Below, piece after piece: positions 1 to 20,325 of a stretch of DNA of 64,000 nt. Below the pieces are notes generated by a model. That model saw only the letters and a program-made list of their open reading frames with translations, ran no database searches and was not told the origin of the DNA. Source of the stretch: Lama guanicoe. Taxonomy: Eukaryota. Both the position numbers and the translations under genes were made by a program. The stretch covers positions 3,705,490 to 3,769,489 of the forward strand of contig MU053758.1 in assembly GCA_013239625.1 (NCBI GenBank), read 5' to 3'. How positions within the stretch are numbered: the first letter of the stretch is position 1; every line of letters begins with the position of its first letter.

Positions 1-15
1 GGGCCGGGTGGCTGG

Positions 16-3867
<3,852 letters not shown>

Positions 3868-5201
3868 TCTTTGCACCACATCCCATAAATTGGGAGTGGC
3901 CTCACGAATGACACTTGGTACCTGCCCTCTCTCTGTGCCTTCCCCTGAGGAGCCTGGTCTGCCCATTTGTCACCTCTGTCCACTACCCCCACCTCTCCTA
4001 GCTGCTCACCTCTGCCTGGGCCGCTGGGATGGTGAGAAGGCAGCAAAGGAAGTAAAATTCATGGAACATCTCTCATGTGCCAAGCTCCTCATTACTTCAT
4101 GTGCACCTCACCACAACACTGGGAGGGGGCCAATATTGAGGAAACTGAGGCTCAGAATGTTGGTTTTGTTTTTTTTTTTAATTAAAAAAAATCTTGCTCA
4201 AGATGAACAGGCAATGAGAACAGAGCTTGGATCTGAAACCAGGGCTCTCAGACCCCAAGTCCCATGCCCTCGTCCCACTGCTTCCCCCACACAACCAAGG
4301 TCAAGCGCAGGCACCCAGAACATAGGGATAGGAAACCTAGGTTCAAATCCTGGCTCGGCTGATGATCTACCCTGCAATGCTGAGCACTTCCCTCCCTCCC
4401 TGGCATCCTCAGTGTCCTCATCGGGACTGTACAGATCGTGAGCCTGCCCCGTCTGCTTCACACAGATACAAGGAGTGTCAAACAAGGACAGAAGTAAAAG
4501 TGGTTTGAAAACCAACACACGTTTTGGTTAGGCTAAGAGGATTGTCTCTGATGGTGGTTTGTGGCTGTGGCAAGCAAAAGATCACGGCTGTGAGTTCTCA
4601 AGTGGCGCTGCTTTAGAGGACAGTTTCTTTTGTGGCCCCCCAGTTCCCTGAACCTAGGAGGGTAGAATCAGGACCCTGGACAGCCCACTCCAACCTCACT
4701 GGTGCCTGAACAGGTTTACAGAGGTGCTCAATGCAGACAATTTGGACAGGGAAGGAATAAGAGGAATAGATGACACACTGCCAGAGAGTTAAGCAAGCCG
4801 GGAGGAGAGCCTGAGAATTACAGACAAAAGGTAAATTCGGTCTTCCGCCCTCAAAGTGGGCTTTCCCAAGGCTTGAGCAGCCTGCTCCTTCTTCTCCCAC
4901 ACAAACACACAGGCAAGGCGGGCGTTTATAGATGCAGTTACATGCTTCTGAAGTTGTAATTTACCGACTTCTTAAAACACTTTATGAGCTTCTCTCTGAA
5001 ATTACTCAGGAGGGTTGGCTGTGGTGCACATGCCTCGCCTAGTCCAATGGACACCTCAACAGGATGCCCAAGAGCCACCTAATGGGCTCCCAGGGGTGCA
5101 TGTGCTGCGTGGCCCCTCCAGCAGGGGCCTCAGGCCTCCAGAGCTTGGCTGTCTCCGCAATGTTTCCTTACGGCTGCCCATCTTGCCCTCCTTGCAGGGC
5201 C

Positions 5202-5411
5202 GAGGGGCTTCCCAGCCTTAGCACTGTGGACCTCGTAAACCACATTATTGCTTGTCGTGGAGGCTTCAGTGTGAAGGGTTAGCGGCATCCTGGATTCTAT
5301 CGCCGGATGCCAGAAGCAACCCCCTCCCCTAGTTGTGACAACCGAAAAATGTCTCCAGACACTGCCATATATCCCCTGGGTGGCAAAACCGCCCCAAGTT
5401 GAGACCCACTG
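5202..5411 (-). mobile_element. MER20 (hAT-Charlie) DNA transposon relic
   Basis: Contains gttgtgacaaccgaaaaatgtctccagacactgcc and ends gttgagacccactg; reverse-complement homologue of 20112-20325. Confidence 0.8.
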
Positions 5412-8400
5412 GACTGTCAGGACAGGGACTGGGGCTCTGACCAGACCTCCTGTAAGTGCCTCCTTTGTTTTCTAAGACAACTAGTGTGGCACCTGGCTAT
5501 CTCTGCAGGGCCCATTCAGGCAAGTTCTGAGCACACCATATCCCGACCCACCTCATTTGTGACCCAGCACACTCGTCCTGAGGGCAGCCCCTTCCCCGCT
5601 CCTGACGTGGCTCTTCTCTGTTTGGGTTCTCTAAGCAGCTGGACTTCTGAAGTTAATGGTCCCATTTTCTTTTTTTAATCCCTCCTCTGTACAATCCATA
5701 TTTGAAGCTGATTCTAGGTTTTTCTCAGGGCAACTGAATGAGCAGGTGTCTGCTACCCCAGCTGTGTTCCCATCACTCAGCCCAGGCATCAGGAGGCCAC
5801 CACAGGCCAGAGTCCAGGCAGGTGTCTCCAGGGCTGTAAGGAGAGGCACATACGTCGCCCGGAGCTGGTGACAAGCTGGCCAGAGAAGGTCTTTCAGTCG
5901 CCCTTGGTCCCCTTTCCCATGGGGTAGGCTGCAAGGCCACCTCCTGGAAGGAAGTGCAGAGGGGGCCTCAGGGGAAGAAGTCCTCTGCCCTCTTCTGCCT
6001 CCGGAGCCTGGACCATCACTGGATGGAGCAAGGCCCAAGTGGAACAAAGGTTCTACCTGGATCAGAGGATTGAAGCTGGGACTCAAAGGGCTGCTCACCT
6101 CCCAGGCAGCTCAGCCCACCCAACCCCACCTCCCTTGGGTGTTCAGCCCTGGAGAAAATCCTCCTGTTCAGTATTAAGTATGTTGTGGGGGGGCCCATTC
6201 ACCAGATTTTATTTCAAAATAGGGTTCTGTTCCGAGACCCTTCTTTCTAACGTGGGTCAAAAATACACTGCCCTAAACTCTCTGTTTGAGCCCCATCCAC
6301 TCTGGGCTCCGGACCCCTGATCTGAACAGGAAGGGCCCTTCCATCTCAGACAGCATAGGACGGGGGGCCCAGGCCATCGCCCACAGCCACCGTCCCTTCT
6401 GTGTCACTGACCACGGAACAAAGAGGAGTTATGGAGGCTCAGCCCGTGGCACAGTTGGGTTTTCTTTTATACGGAAACCCTCAGGGACCTCTGTCTCCCT
6501 TTGCCTCCAGGTCTACTGTATGGCCGTTCGTGTAACTGACACCATCTTGGAAACTTACAGTTTCTCCTGTCTTCCTGCTGATCCTACCCAGGACTGTACT
6601 GTGCAGTGAATCCCTTCTCTGTTGTCAAGGGCTTTGTAGTTAATATTGTTTAATAATCATTAGGACCAGGCGCCCTCTATGCTCTGTTGGTCCCCAAACA
6701 ATGATGAAAACCTTTGCCAACATCTTCCCAGAGCCTATGAGACTAGTTATCCATTCATAAATCTTGACTTAGGAATGTCCACTCCATCTCTGGGCACCTA
6801 CTCGCATACACTAAGTTAACTGTAAAACTGTCCCAGTGGCCCCTCCGTGGTGCAGAGTGCAAATGGGATCCGTCCACCTGATCCCACCCTATGCATAAGT
6901 CGCCCTGTAATACACAGATCCATTGATCACATGGAGCTGCCTGCCTCATTTTTCGGTCTCAAGATGCCTTCTCAGTTCAGCAGGCACTTCTCCTTCCCAC
7001 CATCCTCCAGCACCTGCACACCAGGAGGACATGATGGCATGACTTCCTCCTGGCCTCCCTTCATAGGCAAGGCAACATCAACCCACCTCCCAAGGCTGGT
7101 CCTCAGAAGGGCCCATTCGGAGGTGCAGTGTCACCAGGATGGCAAGCAGGCCTCCCAGCACATCCCAGCTGAAATGACATATCTGGCCCACTGAGCCAGC
7201 AGAGACTTTGCAGAAGAAGGGCTTAGAGAAGTGTCTGGCTGGACAGCAGGGGCCCTGGGCCTGGACTCAGCCAGACCTTGGTTCAAGCCACTTAATTCTT
7301 TGGGCCTCAGTTTTCCCAAAAGGTGAGTAGAGCTCTTAATGCCACATTCCCAGGACTGTGACAACTAAATTGAAACCTGCTTGATAAATAGGAACGCACA
7401 TCACTAATTTAGGAGATCAAAACTCTTCTTCCAGCCCGTGTCGTCTGAGCCCCAGTTGAACACTGTTTCCAGGGTACAAACGGCTTGCCCTGGTTTCATG
7501 GGATGCTGATTCAGAGGCCTGACCCAGCTGTGTGGGGAAAGGCGGCTCCTGAGACTGTGTCCAGGGCTGCAGGGGCCCCCTCGGCTGGGACTTTCTGGCC
7601 TCTGACCTTTACTCTAGAAGATCCCCGAAGCCCCCGACTCCACCTGCCACAGAACAGGGGCCGGCTTTGGGACTACAGAGTGGATAGGATGCTCTCTGAC
7701 CACAGTGACCCCAGCTAGGGGGTGAGGGAGGAGGAGGGACACTGCTGCAGGGGCAGAAAACACCCCAGCTTCCCCCAAGCCCATCTTGGAAGGCCACCAT
7801 GTTCAAAACCAATCACCGAATCTGTGGTTCCTTTTTAGGTGAAAAATGGCCTTCACCCTCAAATGAGCATCCACCTGAAGGCCAAGCTTCCTTGTGGGCA
7901 GAGACCCAAGAAACCAAGCCTGAGTCTCCTCTCCCCAGCTCTGAGCTGTCCCTTCAAGGCAGAAGGCATCAGGCACAGCCTGTCACAGTGTGCCCAAGGC
8001 GGAAATGAGTTCTCCAAGCACGGCCCCTCTTCCCCTGCTCCTCTGGGCTGTGGTCAGAATGTGCCAGCCACCATCACCACCACAACCACTGTGCCCCGAT
8101 GGCATTGGAGAAACCAGACAGTGGACCACGGGGCAGCCTGGCCACCCAGTGATCATCTCTCAGAGTGTCCTGCTATCTTAGGCTTTAACTTCCTCATCGT
8201 CTCCTGTTCCATCTTTGGTATCCACCCCCACAAGTCCTGCAGAATTTCCCAGCACAGCAGGCATCTAAGAAATGCTGGTTCTGTGTCTTAACCTCTGTAG
8301 ACGCCTCCCCAGAGCCCACCCACCCACAGGGACCCACACCAGTCTCATTCCTCTCAACACAAGTACCAAAGAATTTGTTCTCTTGTACCAAAGAATTTGT

Positions 8401-8701
8401 TCAAGCAACAGAGGACTCAGGACTCCTGGCCCCTCCCTGAAAAACAGGGTTACTGTATACTCTGTGTCAAATAACCACATCAAACTCTCCTGCCAAATCT
8501 CCTGCCAGCTGATGTTAGATTCGAGTACAGACAGGCAGTAACAGGTACACAGAGTTAAAGAAAGCATTATGGGAGGGGAAAAAAAGTTCAATTAAGACAT
8601 TTCAAGCCACTGATCTCATTGGTCCAAGGAATCAGAGAAAGGTCACGCTTGTTCGGTTTTGATGGTGGAAGACTCGGGGCGGTCTGCAAACCTGCTAAGG
8701 G

Positions 8702-8826
8702 TAAGGTTGCCCAATGGAGCAAAGAAAAATACAAGCAACGTGTGGGACATACTTATACTAAAAACTTATTCATGGTGTCCGCAATTGCAATTTAACGAGG
8801 CGTCCTGCATTTTCTCTGGTAATCCT
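8702..8826. mobile_element. MER53-like hAT MITE, partial
   Basis: Ends aggttgcc...ctggtaatcct are imperfect inverted termini; internal gggacatacttatactaaaaa matches the recalled MER53 consensus. Confidence 0.6.
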
Positions 8827-11800
8827 CGGTAAGGAAGCATCACTGGTTGAGAACCTTGGCCAAACAGACGCAGCTCTTCCTTCCCTCCTTCCCCTGTGAT
8901 TTGTCACCATGACTGGAGGGTTTCAGGAGCAGATGTATCGTGACTTTCTGCCTTTTGTACCCCAATCTCAGTGACTGCCGTTTTTACCCTCCCAGGCCTA
9001 GCAAGCAGAACTCAGAAGAAGGGCGCTAATTTGTCCCTTCTCTTTCCTGTACACCTCGGTGACATTCCACCCTGATGGCAGCTGCTGGGTGACTCAGATC
9101 TTCCTGGCAAGATTTGGCAAGCCCCTCTGGGCTCTGTTTCCCACGCCCCCCGCCTGTGCCCCAAACTTGCACCTCCCCCTGCTCTCACTAGGCCTCACCA
9201 GACTTGAGACAGGTTGAGTGCACACTGAGGGCTTTTCTGCTCTCTGGCTGCCCCTGTGCAGGGCCCAGAGCCTGTGCTCGGGGCCGCAGGAGAGCAGGAA
9301 AGCTGGCCACGGCTCTTGGCTCCTCCTGAGAGTCTAAGGGATCAGCAAGGCTCCTGGGCACCCAGCTTCCCAACATCCTGCTCTGTGGATGGTCCTGAAT
9401 CCCTACTGGGCCAGGACCTGACTGTGGTTAGGCTTCAGAACTCCCCCTTTCCTAGGCCCAGAATCACCCGGGAACTCTCATCTCTTCCCGAATACAAAGG
9501 TCCTTTCTCCTGCCTTGGGGTCTGATTTTGGCCATAGTCTGGGGCTCCAGGGTTTGGCTCCAAACTGCTCTTGCCACAGGGGAGGCCCAGAGACCGCCCT
9601 GACCCCAATCTTAAGCCATACCTCTTGGGTTCTCTGCCTCTCAAGTCCCAGGGCCCACTTCCATCTCGCCAATGGGTCAGCTCCTCCTGCTCCGGCTGAC
9701 CACTCCGGTCTGGAAGAGTTCAGGGCCTCCTGCTCAGATCCACTCAGCCCCTGACTCCCCCCACCCAGCTTTTATGGAGAATTCCAGAGCTGTCACTGCT
9801 CTCCTTGATGTGCTTAGAGAACCTGTGATTTGTGGGAGACGCACAGCCAGGTGCCTGAGGAGAAGACGCTGGTGCCTCAGTCTCCCGCGTCCCCTTGATT
9901 CAGGTACCACTTAACCGGACCACAAAGCGAATTCCCCGAACACCCTGTTTGATTGGATTCCGCCGTCTGCATTTTCAGGGCCTGGCGTGCAGTCAGCCTC
10001 ACTATCATCCTGCTAACGACATTGTGTCTGCAAACCAGACTGTGGGCTCCAGGCAGTAATTAACTGTGCTTTACACTGGGGATTCTACTTTCAAATTCAT
10101 CTGAGATCCCTGGATGAAAGAAGCCACAGGGTTATTATGACTGTTCATAAAAATGGACCAGAAGAGTGAAGACTGGCTCTTTGCCAGCTCTCCCAAATCC
10201 CCAGCCCCGCCAGCAGGCGCCCACCCACATGGTCCCTCCCAAACACTGCAGGAAGATGGAGAGTCTGACGTGTGCCCAGCTCTCTGAGAGCCCTCAGATA
10301 CGCTGCTCAAAGGGATACAACCTGCACACCCTGCTGCGCTCCAGCCCCCAAGAGTCCTGGGAAAACCATCCAACAGGGGGCAGGTCCCAGCAGCCCCGAG
10401 AGGCACCGACCCAGGCAGGAAGAAGGGCCCAGCCACTGACATGGGGTCTGGAACAATGAGTCATCACACCCCATCGACCACCACAGCCCTTCCTTGACAT
10501 CTCTTCCTCCTCTCCCCTCAAGCGAGATCCCCCCTACCAGGAAGCCCCAGGCACCCTCATCTCATATTCTGGGTCTTCTGTGGCCCCTCAAGGCTGCCAC
10601 TCAAAACAGAGGGAGAACAGGCAACCAAGGGTCTCAGGGCCACAGCTCCACGTCAGCTGTGCCCTGCTCACGCACTGCCCAGCTGCCCCACTCGAGTCTG
10701 GGGACTGAACAGAGCCTCATGCTGGGGCCAGGCCCAGGTAGGACCGGGTCTAGTGCCCTGTCCCTCCACTCTGTGTCGTAGCAGGTGGCCAAAGAGGCAC
10801 TTGCTTTCTGGAGTGAGCCTGCCCCCTGCAGGGCCCAGGCAGGACACGCAACCCCATAAGGGAGGGCAGAGGTACACTGGTCAGTACACCCAGGGTGGAG
10901 CTTTGGAGAGAGGGAGGCACCTTTTGCTGGGGGTTGAGGGAGAGGGTGACTGAAGCAGCTGGGAGTCACAGGGCTGCACAGCAATTAGCCATCTTTGTGC
11001 AACACCTGCCATGGGGAGGCGCTTCCCTCCACAGCTCTGAGGCACTGAGACGCCACGGGCACATTCCACAGTGATGTCTTTGTCCCCTAAGCCTTGGGCT
11101 TAGACGAGAGCCTCACTTCTGCCCCAGATTCCAGAGCTGAACGATTTGCTTTGCTCAGTCTTCAAAAGCACATGGCTCCCAGCTCTCCTGCTGGGCGGGT
11201 CTCTTTACCAGTCTGAGCCTCAGTCTTCAGATATGTCAAATGGGCCCAACAGTGCCGACTTGGGGTTTTTGTAAAGATGAAATCAAATAAGGGATGAGAA
11301 GCCACTCTGTAAAGGGCAGTGTGCTAGACATGTGTTACTGTCCCCTTTATTAACATCCCCTCTGTTTTGGCATCTCTTGCATTAACTTGTGTTCGCTTGC
11401 GGTCATGGACATAGAGGTTAGTCAGGCACCACAGACAGGGCTGTTCCCCGCAGCCTCAGCCCTGGGAAGCTGGGCTATGAGCCTGGGGTGGGCATGGGCA
11501 CCTGGCCAAGCCCGGGGAGGGGCAGTATTCACCCAGCAGGCCTGATGAAGCTGCCCTCCCTCCAATGGACACCCCATGCAGGACTGAGGGGCTGAAATTG
11601 GTCCTGGTTAGAAAGGGAGAACTGCCTTCCCCCCACCCCCCGCCCATCCCGCTAACCTCCCCCACATCTCAGACCAAAGCCCTGGGACGACCACCCCTGT
11701 CCAGCTCAGGAAGGCTCCTGGGTCCGCTTTGATAGAAATACCCCCACCTGGGCTCCCCTCTCAGTTTCCCTGGGATTCCTCATAGGGCCACAGAGGTCCT

Positions 11801-12289
11801 TGGATGGAGCCCAGCTTCTCAGTAACCCCCCCTGGAGTCTGGGTGAAAGGGTCCCAGGCCAGAGTCCCTACTTGGCCCAAGGTCCAGCCCATTTCATTGC
11901 TCCATATGGACGATGAACCCCACACCCCACCCAGAACCCCTAACACTGGCTCAGAAAGGGAGAGGACTACCTCCTCCTGAGCTTCGGCCTGGGTCTCAGG
12001 GAGAGGGGCTGCTCCAGGCCCAGCAAGCCTGGGACACAGACCCCAGGGGGCCTGGCACTGGCTGTGGGGCTCAGCCTTGAGGGCCTCCCCTGGGACAGTC
12101 TGGGAGAAGCCCTTTTTCCTCACGCCTGCAGGACAGTATGCTTAGCTACCTCTGTCATTGCCCAGAGCTTGTCTTTACTCATCTCTCATTCCTCCATCCA
12201 ACACATTTACTGAGCTCCAACAGCATCTTAGTCATGAGGATGGGGATCCCGACAAAACCATCCCTGCCCTGAAGGAAACAGAAAAACAA

Positions 12290-12480
12290 AGCTTTGTTTA
12301 CTGAGCACTTGCTGTGCGCCAGGACTGTTCTAAGCACCTGACTTTAATAACCTTCAAGGGAGCTGGTACTTAGCAGGTAGGAAAGTGAGCCCACAGGGTT
12401 AAGACGCTTGGGCAGGGCTACAAATGTAGCAAGTGGCAGAGCCGCGACACACACCAGGGCAGCGGGACTCCAGACCCTGT
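12290..12480 (-). mobile_element. MIR SINE fragment
   Basis: tttactgagcacttgctgtgcgccagg...gaaagtgagcccacagggttaag...agtggcagagcc; boundaries approximate. Confidence 0.6.
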
Positions 12481-14805
12481 GGCCTTCGAGCCTGGCTCTC
12501 CAGTAATTGCTGTGATGGCCATCAGTACAGGGCTTTGGGGACAGATCGGGGATGCTGGGAGTGGTGGGGGAAGAGCAGAGATCCGTGGCAGAAGGTGAGC
12601 CCTGCGCTGAGCTTTGAAGACTGTGATTATTGAAGGCTGAGGGCATCTCCTCCCACCTCCTGGCAGTCCGTGAACTCCCTAAAGACAGAGGCTGCCTTTT
12701 GTATGTCTCTCTCTCTCCAGGATCCGATACAGTGCCCAGTACGTGGTACCCTCAATAAATAGCTGCTGACAAAACAGATGAATGAAAAAAGCTAACCGGG
12801 TTTGGGGAATGGAGGCCATATCCTGTTTTCTCTTTACTCTCTGAGCTCCCAGCACAGTTCTGGGCACATGGACAAGAACTGGGTCACACCTTGTTCTGTC
12901 GTGGAGTGGGATCTGGGATGAGTGGAGAGTGACATCTTTCCCCTGGCTTAGCAGCTGGGAGGGTCAGGTCTGAGTGCCCCTGTGGGACTAAGCCCACTGC
13001 CTGGAGCCCACAGACAGTCTTAGGGTGGAGGAGGAGGAGGTGGATGATGAATGAGGGCAGTGACCGTGCAAGGGGGCTGGAGAGGGAGGGAGGGAAAATG
13101 AGGAGGGGGCAATGAAAGGGGCAGCTGGCAAAAGTGGTGGGGCCTCCCTACCCCCAGTCCAAAACTCCATGATGAAACTTAAATGGCAGATTCCCTAGTT
13201 TGTTCATTCATCTTTCCCCTTAATAAGTGTCAGCTGAGCCCTGGCAGTCAGCTAGATAGAGCCCTGCCCTTTTGGCACACATGGTTAGTGCTCAACGCCA
13301 GGGCTGGCAGGCGTGGACGCGCAAACACTTGAGTGCACCCCACTCTCTCCAGGCACCCCAGAAGAGAGGGTGTCCATCTCAGTCGGAATGTTGACTAAAG
13401 ACCTGGTGGTCTCCAATAAAACAAAGAGAATGAGGGGAGGAAGTTCAGATCAAACTGTCACTCATTGAGCGAGGGCTCCAGGCATCCAGCCACGTGGCTG
13501 AGTCCCTAAGAGCAGTTTGCAGGGGCAGGACCTCAGGGTGGGCTGGGGGAGGCTGGTGCAGGATTTAGGGCTGGAGAGAGGCAGGCAGAGGCCAGGCTCC
13601 AGTGGCCTCTCGGTGGGTGAGGAGTCTGGGCTTTCCTCAGTGGCCGGCGGGGGGCTATTGCATTGCGGCATCTCTAAGCCAGGAAGACTTTCTGTATCTA
13701 GCAATCTGCTGGCGGGTGGAGCATGGGTAAAGGGGAAGCTCCAGCTGGAGGCAGGGAGGCCAAGGAGGCCATGGCAACACACCCAGCAAGTTAAGATGGG
13801 CAGGTGATGAGGATATTTATAACTAAAACAGCCTCCGCGGGTGGACCTGTAAGGGGGTGAGGGAGAGAGGAAGCGGAGAGGACTTCTGCGCTCCTGACTT
13901 GATTTCCAACTCCTCTGAGATGGAAGACTAGGAAGGCACAGATCTGGGAGAAGGAGGGGTGCTCCTTCAGATCTGAGGAGGCGATGGCCAGCTCATCTGG
14001 GCACGTGAGACTGGAACCGAGGAGAGGGGCCTCACTGGAGAGTTATCAGAGCATACTGGTCATTGTGACTATGGACAGGTCCCGGTTGGCCCAAGGCGGT
14101 GGGAGGTGAAGAGGAAAAAGAGAGGGGTGTCTAGGCGGGGACCCAGGGGACCCGTCACCATGAGGAGTAAGCAGAGCAAGAGGAGACTGCGTATCTGAGC
14201 TGGGACATCCAGAGCAGCAGGGGTACGGGGGTGCAGAGGGGAGGCGGGGAGGAAGGCCAGCACTGGTCACTGAGTGGCTTGGAATGGCAATGAATTGAAG
14301 GGTGGACAGACTGCAGGTCTGGGTGCCCACCATCTGGGAAGGAAGCTCTCTCTGCAGGAAGCAGGGAGGCAGCTGGTTGGCGCCAGAATAAATGGCCTAG
14401 GCCTCCTTCTCCTCAAATCAGCCATGTACCCTCCCCTTGCATCCTGCCCCAAGCCCTCTGTACCTTGTTCCCACATCGCCCCGTCACCTGACTCTACCAG
14501 AGCCCTGTTGCTGCCTTATTACTGAAGGTCCTTTAGGGTATTGAGCTGGCCGTAGTGCCCCAACATCTCTGATTCGTTCTATTAGTCCGTGTTTGCTGGG
14601 GTCCTCACCCGTGAGCCACCTGTGTCTTCTGTGTTTGTCATTATTGCATCTTGTGTCCTTCCCAGCTGGGAGCTCTCTGGGCTCAGGGTGAGACGCTCAG
14701 CCCAACCACACCCCCTGGCCTATGGCCACCAGTCAGGGCCTCGGCTGATGCCACCCTTAGAAACCAGGCCAGAGTCAAAACTACGTTTGCAAAAAGACAG
14801 GAAAC

Positions 14806-14811
14806 TTTATT
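14806..14811 (-). terminator. KRT13 polyadenylation signal AATAAA
   Basis: tttatt on +, about 255 nt past the stop codon, followed on the minus strand by U/GU-rich sequence. Confidence 0.75.
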
Positions 14812-15065
14812 GAATTTTCTTTTTAGTAGAGAAGCTGAGGACTTAAAAAGAGCTAGGTCAGGGAGAAGAGAAAGCAGACTCCGGGGAGATAGACAGGGCG
14901 TGCAGGCCCTCGGGAGAGTGGGGTCCAGACGGGGTGCTGGGGAACAGAGTGCCTGACCCTCGGGTCCTGCAGTCCCCCCCCTCTCTCCTGCAGGGAACCG
15001 CCGGCTCTCTGCTTCTCTGGATGATGAAGACAGAGGGAGGGGCCGCCGGGCAGATTTAAGGCCTA

Positions 15066-18945
<3,880 letters not shown>

Positions 18946-19033
18946 GGTGAGAGTGAGATGGAGAGAGCACAGGTGCAGTGGGAGCCTGGCCTGAGCTGTC
19001 CGAGGACTGTGGCTCTTGCCCAGAGTGGATGCC

Positions 19034-19217
19034 TTTTATACACCTTCCAGGGGGTTGGACAGCCGCCCCATCTTCTCTCCTCCCTTCCCCACCCTCTGAC
19101 TGGTGCCAGCTGCATGTCCGTTTCCCACAAGCCCAGTTACCTCGGCTCTCCAGGGTGGGTTGTGCCTTTGTCGGGGGCGGCCTTTTTTTTTTAATCCTCT
19201 ACAAAACAGATGATTCA
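19034..19217 (-). promoter_or_regulatory. KRT13 promoter: TATA, GC box, AP-1-like site
   Basis: TATAAAA at 19034-19040 (minus); GGGGCGG near 19174-19180; TGATTCA at 19211-19217. Confidence 0.7.
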
Positions 19218-20111
19218 GAGGGAACAGTGCTCTACCTGAGCCTACCCTTTGACAACTGAATTCTCTTTCAGAACTCACTCCTACAGGCTCCCAGCCCCAC
19301 CCAGTGTTAGACTGGGGACTGAGCCTCTGGGCAGGAAGGGTGCCTGCAAAGTGGCCCCACACCGTGCGAGGTCACCGTGGCCCTCTGCCTCCCTTCTTCC
19401 TGTTTCTAAAAGTTCTACCTGGAATGTTCTGCCTCCTTCTCAGCCTCTCATCTACTCCCAGCTCCTAGCCATTCTGACGACAAACTTGGCTCTGTCTTGT
19501 AGAATCCACAAGCTGGCAAGTGTTCAGGCTGAGAACAAAATGACTCCAAGACGGTCAGATAAAGTCACAGGGGCAAAGAACCTTCGGGATCATCCAACAC
19601 AGCTGGGGAAACTGAGGCACCGAAAGAGCCCCGAGCCCTGCTCATTAGAATAGCTGATCTCCTCAGATCCCTCCCCATATGCAGGCCCTGAGCTAAGAAA
19701 TTTATCATGATGCCTCATTTAATCTTTGCAGCAATTAAAACAAACAAACTCTGCAGCAGCCCAGTGAGGTGGGTCCTACTACAATCATCATTTTGCACAT
19801 GAGGAAAATGAGCCTTAAGAGCAGAGTCAGGACTGAAACCCCACCCCAGTCTGGTTCTGTCCGACCCTAAGACTCACTCTTAGGTATATTTTTCTTACTG
19901 TGAAATGTACAAATCCTGTGTCCAGCTTGATGCATTTTTACCCTTGTACGAAGTTTTAAGCACATGTTCACTTGAGTAACCACCACTCAGAACCTTTCCA
20001 GCACCCCATAAAGCTCCTCATGTCTTTTCCCAGTCAATGCCCCCACCCCAGCCCACATTCCCCCTGCCCCTAACATAAGCACAATTCCATCTCTGTCACT
20101 GTAGCTCAATT

Positions 20112-20325
20112 TAGAGGTTCTCAGCCAGGGACTATTTTGCTCCCCAGGGGACATACATTTGACAATGTCTGGAGACATCCTGGTTGTCACAACAGGGGGA
20201 TGCTACTGGTATCTGGAGGCTAGAGACCAGGAATGCTGCTGAGCATCCTACGTGCACGGAACAGCCCCTGCCACTACGAACTCTCCGGCCCAAAATGTCC
20301 TTAGTGTCAAGGTTGAGAAGCCCTG
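20112..20325 (+). mobile_element. MER20 DNA transposon, near full length
   Basis: gaggttctcagccaggg...gacaatgtctggagacatcctggttgtcacaac...ggttgagaagccctg matches the MER20 consensus; next to an old L1-like fragment at ~19885-20110. Confidence 0.85.
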
